Counted from the first letter of the stretch, positions 1 to 15,890 are shown. The stretch is DNA of 64,000 nt from Eledone cirrhosa (GCA_964016885.1 OZ024751.1:4836001-4900000), one strand, 5' to 3'. The notes: generated by a model not told the origin, from the letters alone. A program made the numbers and translations.

Positions 1-2224
<2,224 letters not shown>

Positions 2225-2229
2225 ATATA

Positions 2230-2885
2230 TATTTTTATGTGTATTTGGTGTATACATTCGTATGCGTGCGGGTACAGGCGTTGCGTAGGTTCTGTATGTA
2301 CATGCGGGTTTTTTGGGTTTTTTTATTTGTACGTGCGTGTATTTGAATACCTATGGCGAGTGTTTTCGCGTATACTTGTGTATGTACGTATATGGATGCG
2401 TGTATGTATTTATTTAATTACCTCTGTATTTTATTTACTTTACTCTTAACTCTGAAGTCGAGAATCATTCGGTTTCCTAGTTAGAATTTTAGTCTACGAC
2501 TTTAGTTATACCATTTACGTGGTTTTGTCTTTGCGTGCAATTGTTCTCCCCGCCCCATAAATATGACGTATTATCTTCGTTTTTTCCGTTCCTTGCTAGA
2601 GAACGTCTCTATGAACCACCTAATAGAATATTAGTCTACGACTTCTTTTATACCATTAACGTGGTTTTGTCTTTGCGTGTAATTGTTTTTCACCGCTTCA
2701 AATAATGACGTATTATATTCATTTTTCCCGTTCTTTGCCAGGGAACGTTTCCACGAACCAAAGTATCGTCTTCCTGTCTTCCTCCGGTTCTGCGTTCACA
2801 GATTGACTATTTTAGTTTCAGAAGATGCCGTTAAGGGTGAAAGCAGCGATTCGCTTAAACTTTAATCTGTTATTTTAATAAATAT
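2230..2885 (+). mobile_element. Short repeat family with a variant HHR (CAGAAGA core, 2815-2860); further copies at ~6025-6220, ~9620-9790 and ~19895-20090 are fold-backs
   Basis: Shared gtttCAGAWGA-tccc gttaa gggt-GAA-agca..tgct-T-aaac segment; ~140-bp internal tandem duplication at 2483-2760. Confidence 0.65.
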
Positions 2886-2894
2886 ATATATTTT

Positions 2895-3142
2895 TATACT
2901 TGGGGAGGGTCATATTTGTGTAATATTGCCAGAATTAATAACAGAACACACTCACTGTTTGGTTGTTTTCGCTTTTCGCTTCTGTGTCTTTTATATCGGT
3001 TAATTTAATTTATTCGCTCCTCAATGTTGCCATTGACTGACCAACGGTCAAAAATACAGATACAATATAGACACAAACACATATATATAGTCTATCAAAG
3101 TTCTTTCGTTGCACATCTGCAACATCGTCAGTGGTGCTATTG
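2895..3142 (-). mobile_element. Solo 3'-terminal pseudo-LTR of the PLE at 42510-45260, with HHR at 3095-3134
   Basis: Near-identical to 42512-42758; - strand cca-CTGACGA-t gttgca gatg tgcaac-GAA-AGAACT-T. Confidence 0.75.
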
Positions 3143-3151
3143 TTAAATATA

Positions 3152-3209
<58 letters not shown>

Positions 3210-3213
<4 letters not shown>

Positions 3214-5876
3214 ATTAAATAAATGGAAACTATATTTATAAAACCATATTTATTTCATTATATATATTTCGGGGATATCATATTAACAATATGCTATGCC
3301 TTCCTCAGACAAAATACAATATAAACAGTTTTATAGATAAATAGATTCGACATACCGTTATAACACCGACTTCCATTTGAAGAGGTTTAAGCTGGCAGTG
3401 AAAAAATTTTACACAGAGAGAAAGAAAGAGAGAAAAAAGAAAGAAAGACAGAAAACGAAGAAAAGGAAGAAAAAGAAGAAATGCATGGAACAAAATAGAG
3501 AGATGGAAAGATAGATAAAGCGAAGAACTTCATGTAAAGAAACAGAAAGATATATATATATATATAGAGAGAGAGGAAATAGAGATAGATACATATATAT
3601 ATAGAAAATTAGGTAGTGGGAGGTCATTTTGAGTAAATGTATCAATGATACATTTATTTATTTATTTATTTATTTAGCTCAAGTATTAATGTAAGGGAGA
3701 TATATATAGAGAGAAAAAATATAGAGAGAGGAAAAAATAGCGAGAGAAAAAAATTTAAAAATAGCCAGATATATTCGAGGCGTAAAAATCCTATGTTTTA
3801 ATGTATTAGTATTTATAAAACTTACACTATATTGTAAATATCAGTATTCCTGAATGAGACAAGTATCCTTAGTGTGTGAAAATTAATTATCTTATGTTTA
3901 GTTTAAAAAAAATTCATATGTTTATGTGACAGCTACAAACATCCATGCGAATCCACATGATTCACTCTGCAAACTCTAAGTTCACGGAAAACATTCTCAA
4001 TGTGGTATAAAAATTTGAGCATACATATATGTGTATTATTATTCCTGTCTATACTCTACAAGATTATCTATCAAGCAGAAATAGAGAGCAGATTTCAATA
4101 TACTAATAAAAATATATATCAGAAACAAAGCTAAAAAAAATGAAAAGATAACAATAATAATAATAAGTAAAAATAAGTAATAATAAAATAGAAAACTAAA
4201 AAAATATTACGAAAGAATATTACATAATAAAAATAAAAATATTACATATTAAAAATATTACGTATTAAAAAATATTACGTATTAAAAATTTACATATTAA
4301 AGATATTAAAAATAAAAATAATAATAATAAAAATAAAAAATAAAAAATAAAAAATAAAAATAATTATAAAATACTACAATAAAAAACTACAATAAAAAAT
4401 AATAAAAATAAACCACAAAGATCAACCCTTCAAAGTTAATTGACAATATATTGCCAAGTTCATTACAAGACAAAGCCAAAAATTATCTATCAAATCATAT
4501 CTAGCAAAGATCATTTCAAAAAGTTTATGATGTCCAAATTGGTCTACATATGTTCTTATATTTAATATAGAAGTTTATCTAGTGTAAGGTTTATTCAAAA
4601 GATTGGAGCATCAGCTTTTAGGGTAGCTTAATTTTTCATGAGGAATGTTTAAATAAAAATAAAAATAAAATAAAAATAAACAATAAAAAAGAAGGAATCA
4701 AAAATTTAGGAATCAAAAATTTATCGGCTAGTTTCCCATATAAATATAAATCAAACTAAATATACTACATTTTAAATAAACTTTTTGAAATGATCTTTGC
4801 TAGATATGATTTGATAGATAATTTTTGGCTTTGTCTTGTAATGAACTTGGCAATATATTGTCAATTAACTTTGAAGGGTTGATCTTTGTGGTTTATTTTT
4901 ATTATTTTTTATTGTAGTTATTTATTGTAGTATTTTATAATTATTTTTATTTTTTATTTTTTATTTTTTATTTTTTATTTTTATTATTATTATTTTTATT
5001 TTTAATATCTTTAATATGTAAATTTTTAATACGTAATATTTTTTAATACGTAATATTTTTAATATGTAATATTTTTATATGTAATATTTTTATAAAACTA
5101 AACATAAGATAATTAATTTTCACACACTATGGATACTTGTCTCATTCAGGAATACTGATATTTACAATATAGTGTAAGTTTTATAAATACTAATACATTA
5201 AAACATAGGATTTTTACGCCTCGAATATATCTGGCTATTTTTAAATTTTTTTCTCTCGCTATTTTTTCCTCTCTCTATATTTTTTCTCTCTCTATATATC
5301 TCCCTTACATTAATACTTGAGCTAAATAAATAAATAAATAAATAAATGTATCATTGATACATTTATTCAAAATGACCTCCCACTACCTAATTTTCTATAT
5401 ATATATGTATCTATATCTATTTCCTCTCTCTCTCTATATATATATATCTTTCTGTTTCTTTACATGAAGTTCTTCGCTTTATCTATCTTTCCATCTCTCT
5501 ATTTTGTTCCATGCATTTCTTCTTTTTCTTCCTTTTCTTCGTTTTCTGTCTTTCTTTCTTTTTTCTCTCTTTCTTTCTCTCTGTGTAAAATTTTTTCACT
5601 GCCAGCTTAAACCTCTTCAAATGGAAGTCGGTGTTATAACGGTATGTCGAATCTATTTATCTATAAAACTGTTTATATTGTATTTTGTCTGAGGAAGGCA
5701 TAGCATATTGTTAATATGATATCCCCGAAATATATATAATGAAATAAATATGGTTTTATAAATATAGTTTCCATTTATTTAATATTGTAAATATACTCCA
5801 AATATTTGTCGAGTGCTTTTATATCAGTTATAAATATTTACTAGTTGTAACCCAACAATTTTAAATATAACTTTCC

Positions 5877-5879
<3 letters not shown>
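3210..5879 (+). mobile_element. Large nested fold-back: outer arms 3210-3903 / 5095-5788, inner arms ~4245-4525 / 4780-5075, with a 3' tail; flanked by (TA)n
   Basis: Identical 62-aa spurious ORFs on opposite strands (3305..3493- and 5504..5692+) confirm the inverted arms. Confidence 0.8.
5681..5746 (+). ncRNA. Type I minimal hammerhead motif (mirror copy in the left arm)
   Basis: tattttgt-CTGAGGA-stem II(catatt gtt aatatg)-GAA-ATATATAT-A-atgaaata. Confidence 0.65.
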
Positions 5880-5933
<54 letters not shown>

Positions 5934-5937
5934 TATA

Positions 5938-5995
<58 letters not shown>

Positions 5996-6439
5996 TATAT
6001 ATATGTATATATATATATACATATATTTATTAAATTAACAGATTAAAGTTTAAGCAAGGAATCGCTGCTTTCACCCTTTCAGAAGATCCAGTTAAGGGTG
6101 AAAGCAGAGATTCTTTGCTTAAACTTTAATCTGTTATTTTAATAAATATCTGCTCTACGGTTCTTATATATTTGATATATATTTATACTTATCGAGCCCT
6201 CTTTGGATTTTAGTCTTCAAATTTATTATTATTACAAGTTGTCAAAATACTTTTATTCATAGTTGCACAAACAACATTACAAATCGTTTGCAATTCCTTC
6301 AGAATGAAAATATAAACAAAGCATATAAATAAATTTACAGTAGAATAACATAATAAATATGTTTTGAATATATAGATAAATAACATTATAAATGCTTCAG
6401 TAACACTATAAAGGATGATACAATGAAAGATAGATTCTT

Positions 6440-8587
6440 TTAATGTTACAATATTAAAGAAAATGTAAAGGAAGGGGTGAACAACGGAGCCAACACCAGA
6501 GCGAGTAATGGGCAACCTCTCCAATGATTTTTGAGGCAAGCCAGCACACTCACAGCGTTGCCTCGGGTGATGGCGAGGCTGATGCGCTGAAACAGCCAAG
6601 CACCCTCGCGAGATTCGCCAGTCACCTCTATTAGGCGAGCCGCCAATGAGGAAAGGAACCTCGCAGTCAGCGGCCCGACTCCCCCAAACGTCTCGAAAGC
6701 CACAGGCTGAAAAATGTAGCTGGCCGACAGAGCAGAGTATTTGAGGGTCTTACTCCGTTCGGCTGCAGAAGCTGCGGCTCTCGTCCTAACCGCATCATCC
6801 AGGATGTGGGAAAGAGCAAAAGAGTCACTAACAGTGACGTCCCAGACAAGGCACCTGCCTCTCGACCAGGGGCACAGGGTAAGACCGTCAGGTCTTTTGC
6901 CGTCACTTCTGGAGAACCCAGATGGTTCCAAGACTGAGGGGATATTCGCCCGGGCCAAAACTCTCTTCAGAATGAGGTTTAGCTCCGTGTGACGCGCGAA
7001 GCGGCCGGCATTCAGGCGGCAAGAAAGACCGGGGAGGCCTGTAGAGTCGAGGAGTTTGCCGCATTGGCACCTCAAACCCATGCAGACGTCAGCTCCCACT
7101 CTGAGGGCGATGGAGACACGAAGTTCGTCCAGGCTGAGTAGGCCACCAACGTTGGCCACGGGTAGGACATCGACCCAGTCGCCTGAGTATTTGGCGCTGA
7201 CAGATAGTAAGCCGCACCTTGCAAACTGATCTGACTGAAGGAAGAGGGAGTCGAAGGTGGCCCTCGAACTTATGCTGTCCCAAGCCCTCTGACTTCGACT
7301 GTCCTCCACCTTCTCAGGAAGAGACAACCTCAACTCACTCCATTGCTGGAGAGCTTCACCCAACTCCCTGTTGGAACTAGTCTACGTTGGAGAGGAGAGG
7401 ATGCTGCTCACCAGGGTGGAGCAAGCGTGGGTGGAGGAAAGGAAGCAGGGGAGAGAGAGGGACGAACACTTACGAAGACCAAGACCCCTAAATCGCTTGG
7501 GCAACGCAGCCTGATCGCGGGACTCCGGAGACAGTCTAACATTGACCAGACACTCGAGTCTCTCGAAGATTAGGTCGTCGAAGCGTTGGAGGCAGGACGG
7601 AAATCTGTGAGAGGGGCTGACCCCGAGCAGACATAGAAGCTTAGGAATAGACAGGTGGTTCCTGAGTATGAAGAAACCTTGATGGGGTTCGATAACTTCG
7701 ATATTCCTCAGCAGCTGCTCAAGGCCAACCATCTTCGATTGGAAGGTTGACTCGAAGGCCAGGTCTGTGACTGGGGCTCCTAAGGAGCACCAAGCCGACG
7801 GAGGAGGGACCGCAATGGAAGGGAAGGACTCTGCGAACAGGTCGATCAGCTGTTGGTGTTGAGAAGCCGGGTGGTTGAGGATCCAGAGCTCACATTTGGA
7901 GCTATTGATCTGGAGACCCCGGCGGCCAAGCTCCTCCACCATCCTGTTGGCAGTGGCGAGAACATTATCCGGAGTTCCCCCCAAACAAGCTTCGTCGGGG
8001 TACCAGACATTGAGGTCCAACTCAGCCCCCATCTTGGTGACGTCATCAATCTCCAGTGCAAACAGTGCGGGCCCGAGTGGGTCACCCTGTTGGACTCCTG
8101 AGGCAGAGGTGATGATCTGGTCACCGAAAGAGAGGTAGGAGGGCTCCCGATAAGCCTGCCAAGCAAAGTGGTAGAGTTGTGGGACCCTCTCTTTTACTGA
8201 GCCAAGGACGATGTTGCGACTGACGGAGTTGAAGGAATTCCTGAGGTCAAGTTTGAGGATGACCTTGGGGGACGAGGAGGGCAAGTTGGTAAATGCTCTG
8301 GCAGCGTGGACAGCAGCCTCACATCCCAACCTGGTACCCACCCCCAGCTGGATGGGGGAAAATTCCTCCGCCAGTGAGTCGGAGACCAACAGCAAACACG
8401 CCTTTGCAGTGAAGCGTCGAAGAGTGCAGCCAACCGCAATGGGGCGCAGGTCCCCGTTGGACTTGGTGAGACCAAATAGCTTCGCACCGAAGAACAGTGG
8501 GCGGATGAACGGGAGAACGTTCACTGAAGAGAACGGATTCACAAACTGAATCAGACTCTCTAAGAGCTCGAGTCCGGCGTCTCCGGC

Positions 8588-8590
<3 letters not shown>
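6440..8590 (-). mobile_element. CRE-like non-LTR retrotransposon (RT + Zn knuckle + restriction-like endonuclease), 5'-truncated, inactive
   Basis: RPIAVG..RR, QLGVG, GVQQGDPLGP, mutated catalytic motif WYPDE; CxC..RH..LN, RPDG..WDVT..E..K endonuclease; frame break at ~7363-7382. Confidence 0.85.
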
Positions 8591-8631
<41 letters not shown>

Positions 8632-8929
8632 GGTTACAGTATCGTAAAAGAGGATAGAAAGAAGAGATATAAAGAGGTGCGATACAGAATATTACATGCC
8701 AAAAGCGGATGCGTAATGTGCTCAATGCTTGGGTTATCAGGGTTAAATATTAGAGAAAGTTAATATTTAGTGTAAAGATTAAGCAGAGCTGTAGTTACCT
8801 CCCTTGGCAAATTATACTCTATTCACCGTATTTATACCAATAACATTTAAAATCACTATGCATGGCGATGTGATATTATTTTGATACCCTCTCAGGGTCT
8901 GTAATTAAGGACTTTGCTTATTAATATCC

Positions 8930-8968
8930 GCCTCCGATGAGCCCCCATGGGCGAAACACGTGTAAGAG
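8930..8968 (+). ncRNA. Minimal hammerhead-like motif (CCGATGA variant) in a PLE-like terminal fragment at ~8630-9000
   Basis: CCGATGA-gccc ccat gggc-GAA-ACACGTGT-A; palindromic stem III; stem I weak. Confidence 0.55.
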
Positions 8969-9002
8969 CTATATAAAGATATATTTTAACGGCTTGTAAT
9001 TC

Positions 9003-9350
9003 TTTCATTCACTCATGCTGAAGATGGCTCTGAACATATAATAGTATACACTGAGGTTGAAAAACTCAGAGCTGTATGGGAGCCTCCCAAAGGTCAGCTC
9101 AAAAGTGACACAGAGGAGACTGGGGTTAGCTGGACATGCTCACCGACATCCAGAGTTGACACTGCACTCAGTGCTCCTGTGGGAGCCCCTGCATGGACAC
9201 ACTGGAAGAGGAAGACCGAGGTTAACATAGGTTGATGGCCTTAGGAGAGACACTGGTCTGTTGGAGACGCAGGACATGGCAGCGATAATGAGGGACAGAG
9301 ACCGCTGGAGAGAACTCGTCCATGGATCTCGGGAATTTTACCTGTCCTAG
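9003..9350 (+). mobile_element. 3' end of an RTE-group LINE (degenerate)
   Basis: Translates to RRLGLAGHAHRHPE..LLWEP.HG..GRGRP..DRDRWRELV. Confidence 0.7.
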
Positions 9351-9411
9351 ATATATATGCATACATATATATATGTATATATATATGTATATATATATGT
9401 ATATATATATG

Positions 9412-9602
<191 letters not shown>

Positions 9603-9784
9603 GTAATAATAATAAATTTGAAGACTAAAATCCAAAGAGGGCTCGATAAGGATAAATATATATCAAATATATAAGAACCGTAGAGCAAATATTTATTAAA
9701 ATAACAGATTAAAGTTTAAGCAAAGAATCGCCGTTAAGGATGAAATCAGCGATTCTTTGCTTAAACTTTAATCTGTTATTTTAA

Positions 9785-9822
<38 letters not shown>

Positions 9823-9940
9823 GGTATGTATATATATACCCCCCCCCCCCACTCTCAAAAGCGTGAACCTAATAAACTCATATTTGTTACGGCCTCTCTG
9901 TTTTTGTTCCTGTCTAAGATTTAACTATATATATACATAT

Positions 9941-10002
<62 letters not shown>

Positions 10003-10047
10003 GAAATAACAGGAGGCTGGACTGGTGTAAATCCTTGAAAGGTTTAT

Positions 10048-10106
10048 TATATTATGATCATTTCAATGACCGGGTTCCATATGAATCCGGTGATATCATC
10101 AGGTAT
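10048..10106 (-). ncRNA. Type I minimal hammerhead motif in a short TA-flanked element (~9998-10203)
   Basis: - strand: CTGATGA-tat caccggattc atat ggaacccggt catt-GAA-ATGATCAT-A. Confidence 0.6.
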
Positions 10107-10220
10107 TGGAATATAACAAAGGAATATGTAAAAAGCCATGGGTCCGAGAAACCAGAGACAGAGAAGGCGGCTGACCAACTAGCTCACAGCCAGCCGCCCT
10201 CAAATATATATATATATATA

Positions 10221-10814
10221 TCTGTATATATATATAAATCTGAACATTTCTGTGTATATGTGTGTATGTGGATATGTGTGTCGACCTTTTTTAATGAGGG
10301 CTCATATATTCTAAACCATTCATGCGATTTCTTTGAAATTTTTTACAGAGCTTCTCCTTGCACAACACCTGTACATGATCTACAAAGGCTTTCAAAAATC
10401 GATATTGGGGCCTTTGGAGACATTAAAAAATTTCGGTTATTTGTGTGGATTTTCGTGATTAAGTAACACAAGAGTTATGTTTCCTAATCAAGAGTTATCT
10501 TTCGTAATTAGCCTCAGTCGGGTTTAAATTTACTCTTTCTACTTGAAACAAAGATAATAACAATATCATTTCGTATATTTCACAACCAGCAATCTATAAC
10601 CTTCTACTTGAAACAAAGATAATAACTTCACAACCAGCAATTTATACTACTCGAAACAAAGATAATAACAATATCATTTCGCTGGAATAGTGCCTAAGGT
10701 TTTCATGTTTACATAAAGTACGTTTTTCTTCTATGTATTCAAATTTACTTTGTTTAGTTTAATGAGCTACATCGAAAGCTATTTGAACCGTCCAAAGGAC
10801 GGGTTGTTTAGCTA

Positions 10815-10815
<1 letters not shown>
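10221..10815 (+). mobile_element. Non-autonomous Helitron (~595 bp)
   Basis: Inserted A|TC...CTAG|T; subterminal hairpin ccgtcc-aaa-ggacgg just before CTAG; internal ~50-60-bp tandem repeats at 10539-10680. Confidence 0.7.
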
Positions 10816-10910
<95 letters not shown>

Positions 10911-10928
10911 ATATATGTATATATATAT

Positions 10929-11533
10929 GTCAGGTCACCAGTTGGTGCTACTGGTAACATGTATCCCAGTACAACCTGTCTCATGGTCGGGTCGTTGGCG
11001 ACTAAACTGGCAACCCCACCAAGGTTTCTTGGTGAGGAGGGTGACTTTGGACATCCTGCAGGACTAAAAACAAAACCTGTCAAAGGGCAAGGGAGCTCTT
11101 AAGACTCAATAGCCATCCAAAATCACCGGGAGAGATGACCCCTTAGCCTTTGTCAAGGCAGAATTCTAGGAGAAGGAAAACTCTGATATAACACCTGCAA
11201 CCCTGATGGTATCCAATGATGTTGACTTGTTCTTCTTTTTGGTAAATATCATCTTGGTTAAGAGAGTGGGACTGGCTTTGTGCAGTGCCTTTGCTCACTA
11301 TAAAAGCTTCACAGCACAGGCATTGCTTTATATCTGGAGATCTCTCTGCACTTGTCATCACATGGTCAATATGATGCACTATGTGTCAATAATGGTCACA
11401 AGTGTAGTCTTTGTACCAGAGTTTTCAAGTCGCTGGCTGGACTAAAAAGTCACATTCGTTCAGCGCATCGGTAGGGGTTCTCCTACATGGATATAAAGCA
11501 GTGGCCGTACTCGAAAACGAGTTGGCAGCCACC
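10929..11533 (+). mobile_element. Internally deleted RTE-group element: 5' UTR-like segment joined to a 3' end encoding a C2H2 finger; 3' end copies at 21203-21540 (-) and 21870-22072 (+)
   Basis: CTAGGAGAAGGAAAACTCTGA resembles RTE 5' UTRs from memory; 3' part reads [25 protein letters not shown]; ends gcagccacc(AT)n. Confidence 0.55.
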
Positions 11534-11559
11534 ATATATATATATATATATGTATGTAT

Positions 11560-12015
11560 AAATATACATATGTATATATAAAGGATCTAACAGTTTTATT
11601 TACAGTTGTATAAAAAGAGATATAATAATACAATGCTCACAGAACAAAGCACAGACAAATATAATTTAAAGGAAATGGAAAGGGAAAGAAAGAGAGAAAA
11701 AACACACACACACGAGCAGGTAACACACATCTGGGACCACATACAACAAAAGGCAAGCGAAAGGGGTGGACAACCGAGCCGCTACCAGAGTAAATATCGC
11801 GAGGAGCACTGGGAAACCTCTCTAATCCTTTTTTAGACAAGCCAGCACACTCGCAGTGTTACCTCGGATAATGGGTAATGGCGAGGCTGATATGCTGGAA
11901 CAACCAAGCGCCCTCATGAGCTTTACCAGTTACCTCTGTTAGGTGAGCCGCCAGTGAAACTAAGCATCTCGCAATCTGTAGCCCGACTCCCCAACAGGCT
12001 GGAAAATGTAATTGG
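11560..12015 (-). mobile_element. 3' fragment of a related CRE-like element
   Basis: 11760-12015 is visibly homologous to 6475-6720 (caagccagcacactc..gcgaggctgat..ccgactcccc). Confidence 0.7.
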
Positions 12016-12149
12016 ACAATCCGATGTGAATGGCTTTAGCTCTTCTTCGAGAGTACAAAAATAGAGACAGGATCAGAAAGGAGATACAGAAAATAAAGGT
12101 AGTCAGAGTAAAAAAAAAAAGAAGAAAGTAAATAAGACAAACTGTTAAT

Positions 12150-12338
12150 CAGGGTTAATTCAGTTTGAAACTGGTTAGACCATTACTGAACAGAATACTC
12201 GATACTTGGGGTAGTAGAGTATGGTTATATTATAAAGAGTCGGCTGAGCTCTTGCCGTTTCAACAGCTAGTTCCAGACTGTCTGAAACTAGCTGTTGAAA
12301 CGGCAAAAGCTCAGCCGTCGGGGTCCCGACTCTTTATA
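12150..12338 (-). mobile_element. Short fold-back element (hairpin 12229-12338) with ACTC..GAGT tail; related tails at 13550-13636 and 14430-14606 (+)
   Basis: cggctgagc..ttgccgtttcaacagctagtt / aactagctgttgaaacggcaa..gctcagccg; the 14430 copy contains a perfect 40-bp palindrome tcgacggctatttctggacgcgtccagaaatagccgtcga. Confidence 0.6.
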
Positions 12339-12345
12339 ACACACA

Positions 12346-13085
<740 letters not shown>

Positions 13086-13092
<7 letters not shown>

Positions 13093-13486
13093 CTATAAGA
13101 TCAAAAGATGGTTAAAAGAGTTCCAAGTATTTTATTATGCGCATTTCAAAAACAAATATCATGATGGGATGATATCTGCGTTTTCATCAGATAAAATAGG
13201 GATACATGATATGAATCTTAAAAAACACTTGTGAATAGTGAAGTTTTAAATCAACATAAAACTTCACTATTCACAAGTGTTTTTTAAGCTTCATATCATG
13301 TATCCCTATTTTATCTGATGAAAACGCAGATATCATCCCATGATGATATTTGTTTTTGAAATGCGCATAATAAAATACTTGGAACTTTTAACCATCTTTT
13401 TATCTTATATTATTTATACTCCAGTCCTACAAACTGTAGAGTGCTACTTATCCGATATTTGCATTGCTACAATAAAACTCACCTCC

Positions 13487-13487
<1 letters not shown>
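13086..13487 (+). mobile_element. Fold-back element (arms 13086-13247 / 13258-13413) with a 3' tail, in (TA)n
   Basis: Near-perfect inverted arms around an ~11-nt spacer; carries a canonical HHR. Confidence 0.8.
13307..13377 (+). ncRNA. Canonical-core type I minimal hammerhead ribozyme motif
   Basis: tattttat-CTGATGA-aaacgcagatatcatc ccat gatgatatttgttttt-GAA-ATGCGCAT-A-ataaaata: 8-bp stem I, long stem II, palindromic stem III. Confidence 0.8.
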
Positions 13488-13546
<59 letters not shown>

Positions 13547-14375
13547 AAGATTTTCCTATTACCCACTCTACTACCCTAAGTATTGAGTACTCTGGTGCGT
13601 TATGGTCCACCTGGTTCCTTACCACACTTCCTTCGTTATATATATATGTAACGGAGAGTAATAGTGGTGGTAGTTAAAATGAAATGACAAGAAATGCAAA
13701 GGTTTACTTCACTGCAGTCAAAAAGAACAATAAACAAGTTACCACGAGTTGCGAAGGTTGATAATGTTATTTTGTTGTTGGTTCATGAGGCTGGTGTAGT
13801 CTGAGACCAGGAGAGAGAGAGAGAGTAATGGTTTGTGGTTGTCTGTAGACTACAGCGGCCTGTAGTAGGTGGTGAATCTTTACATAGCTTGTCTATAGAT
13901 TACGGCCCTGATCTCTGTGTGTGTAAAACGTGGGAAAATATAGGCTTTATATACCTGTCGCTTTCTGTCTCCCACCTTGAGGGATCGCCCACGCATGAAC
14001 CCGTCCACACCAAAAAGGATGGGGACCTAGAATTTGACTTTTAGGTGTCACCCAGAGTTCAAGGCGTGGACAGATCTCGCTATATATACATATATATTTA
14101 ATGAAATATATACGAGGAAGATTAATCAATTTATAAGGTATCTATTTTTGAAGTTCTAGTTAAACTTTAATTAGTTACCTACCTAGCTATGTGTGCTTAC
14201 ACACTTTTACAAATTATTCCCTGTGATTGTTTCATATGTTTATTTTAGATATATATATATGTCAATCAATTTCTAGTTGATATAAAATGCTCCGATCTAT
14301 TCATTGGAATCTTGGAGCATTTTCTACAGTGGATATGGCGCATGTCTCTTCGACATGACGCCCTTAATTTAATTT

Positions 14376-14431
<56 letters not shown>

Positions 14432-14734
14432 TAGGAAAATGTATGACCCCGACGGCAGAGCTCAGGCCGTTTCGACGGCTATTTCTGGACGCGTCCAGAA
14501 ATAGCCGTCGAGGTCATACATTTTCCTATTACCCACTCTACTACCCTAAGTATTGAGTACTCTGGGGCGTTATGGTCCATCTGGTTCCTTACCACAACTC
14601 CTTCGTTATATATATATATAAAGAGAGAGAGATGGGGAGTTACCAGTTTAGACTAGTAAGACCATTGTTCAGCTTAGTACTTGATACTTGAAGGTATTGT
14701 AAGCTTTTAACCGACACACATATATGTATCACTG

Positions 14735-15065
14735 GCTGAGGATGTTCTTCCTGAATCTCAATGTGGTTTTCGACCCTCGATGACATGGTTTTCTGTGCAT
14801 GGCAACTTAAGGAGAAACGCCAAGAACAATTGAAACCACTTCCGTTTTTTCTGTGAGACCTACAAAAGGCCTTCGATAAAGTGCCATGATTGGTAATGTA
14901 ATGTAACCTCCTTTAGTTCATTTAGGTTGCTTTTGAAAGTTGTCTCCCTGGTTCGCTCTTTGCAGAATGGCATGCTTGGGAATATCTGTCATCGAAGTAC
15001 CTTATCAGACCCTTTCATAGTACTGATGGTTTGAAACGTGGTTGTGTGTCGGCACCAACTCTGAC
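14735..15065 (+). mobile_element. Degenerate RTE reverse-transcriptase fragment
   Basis: DVLPESQCGFR..DMVFCA.QL.EK..EQ..GLKRGCVSAPTL. Confidence 0.65.
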
Positions 15066-15371
15066 GACATGTTTATATACATATATTCATGTTATTGATA
15101 CGACAAAAAGCACCATGTAAGGGGGTCGTGTTGGTGACATGACAAAAAACATCTAGCCTACCCTCTAAAGTGGTCGTGTTGGTGCCACTATAAAAAGCAC
15201 CCAGTCCACACTGTAAATGTGGTTGGCGGTAGGAAGGGCATCCAACCGTAGAAACCAAGCCAGAAGCGATTCTACATGAGCCAGACACGGTTACCTGATC
15301 TGACTCGTCTCACAACGGGACAACTCGTCTAACCCATGCTAGCGAGGACAATAGACGATAAACGGTGATGA

Positions 15372-15455
<84 letters not shown>

Positions 15456-15817
15456 TGCTCCCTCACAAGTTGAGCTTATTAAGTTGTGTGTGTTGACTGT
15501 TATTTCTATTTCTATTCAATACACGCTTACCACCTTTTGACTAGCGGAGCACGAGATGATAAATTCATCTTTCTGTGTGAACGTTGGCAAATAGTGTTTG
15601 TGGCATTTAATCATAATCTCTCGCTGACGAAGCCCAGGATTATCTGTTACAAACACACTCAGGGCGAAACAGATTAGGGATAATCTGTCCGAGAGATATA
15701 ATGGTTATTGAGGCGGTTTGTATATTTTATCATTCTGTCTGCTTCTTGGTTAAATATTTCAAACAAATGTGGTTTTTCAACCCTTGTAATTTTAGACACA
15801 CGGTTTACTGTGTTTCT

Positions 15818-15887
<70 letters not shown>

Positions 15888-15890
<3 letters not shown>

